A stretch of DNA of 62,209 nt, filler included, from Choristocarpus tenellus KU-1152 (taxonomy: Eukaryota > Protista > Phaeophyceae): assembly GCA_964200185.2 (NCBI GenBank). It is 12 parts of 12 records of this genome, joined end to end, with 100 filler letters (N's around TTAATTAATTAA, not from the genome) between each part and the next. Parts side by side here need not be neighbours in the genome. Positions count along the whole stretch, not along the records: positions 58,795 to 62,209 come from CAXNAD020020194.1; 11 more parts are not named here. The stretch is one strand, 5' to 3'. The notes beneath the pieces were generated by a model. That model was not told where the DNA came from and made no database searches. It saw nothing but the letters and a program-made list of their open reading frames with translations. Shown here piece by piece: positions 62,155 to 62,209 of this stretch (its first letter is position 1; each line of letters begins with the position of its first letter). The position numbers were made by a program, and so were the translations under genes.

Positions 62155-62209
62155 GACCCAAAGTATCCGGGAGGGGGAGGGGGGTCTACACCAGAGTGTC
62201 CATTTGGAC

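Noticed and set aside
1-62209. rRNA, tRNA, CRISPR arrays or giant-virus (phaeovirus) genes
   Set aside because: None recognised by inspection; tRNAscan-SE/Infernal and NCLDV marker searches would be needed to exclude them formally.

Overview
Eukaryotic, intron-rich genomic DNA, most likely from a brown alga (Phaeophyceae) or a close stramenopile relative. This is inferred from a complete brown-algal-type mannuronan C-5-epimerase gene and a ClpS with a bipartite plastid-targeting leader. The window is not contiguous: it is 12 contigs joined by 11 artificial 100-bp linkers (N44-TTAATTAATTAA-N44), so synteny is meaningful only within a contig. Spliced genes reconstructed by hand: plastid ClpS (partial), a discoidin/IFT25-like domain protein, a class-3 lipase (3' exons), a 7-exon mannuronan C-5-epimerase, DDX24/MAK5 helicase (6 exons, partial), a B-box protein, a USP deubiquitinase (2 exons), an orphan multi-exon gene and a CLASP/TOG-like protein. 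The rest is transposon-rich: degenerate Copia, plant-type mariner, RTE and RLE-type (CRE/R2-like) non-LTR elements, plus three MITE families sharing a CAAAGTA terminal core (3-bp TSDs seen for two of them). Most notable: a RING-finger-like motif at the 5' end of the RLE-type retroelement, a ~200-bp fold-back hairpin built from Copia gag, inverted retroposon ends bracketing the epimerase gene, and self-nesting MITEs. All calls come from manual reading; no database searches were run.
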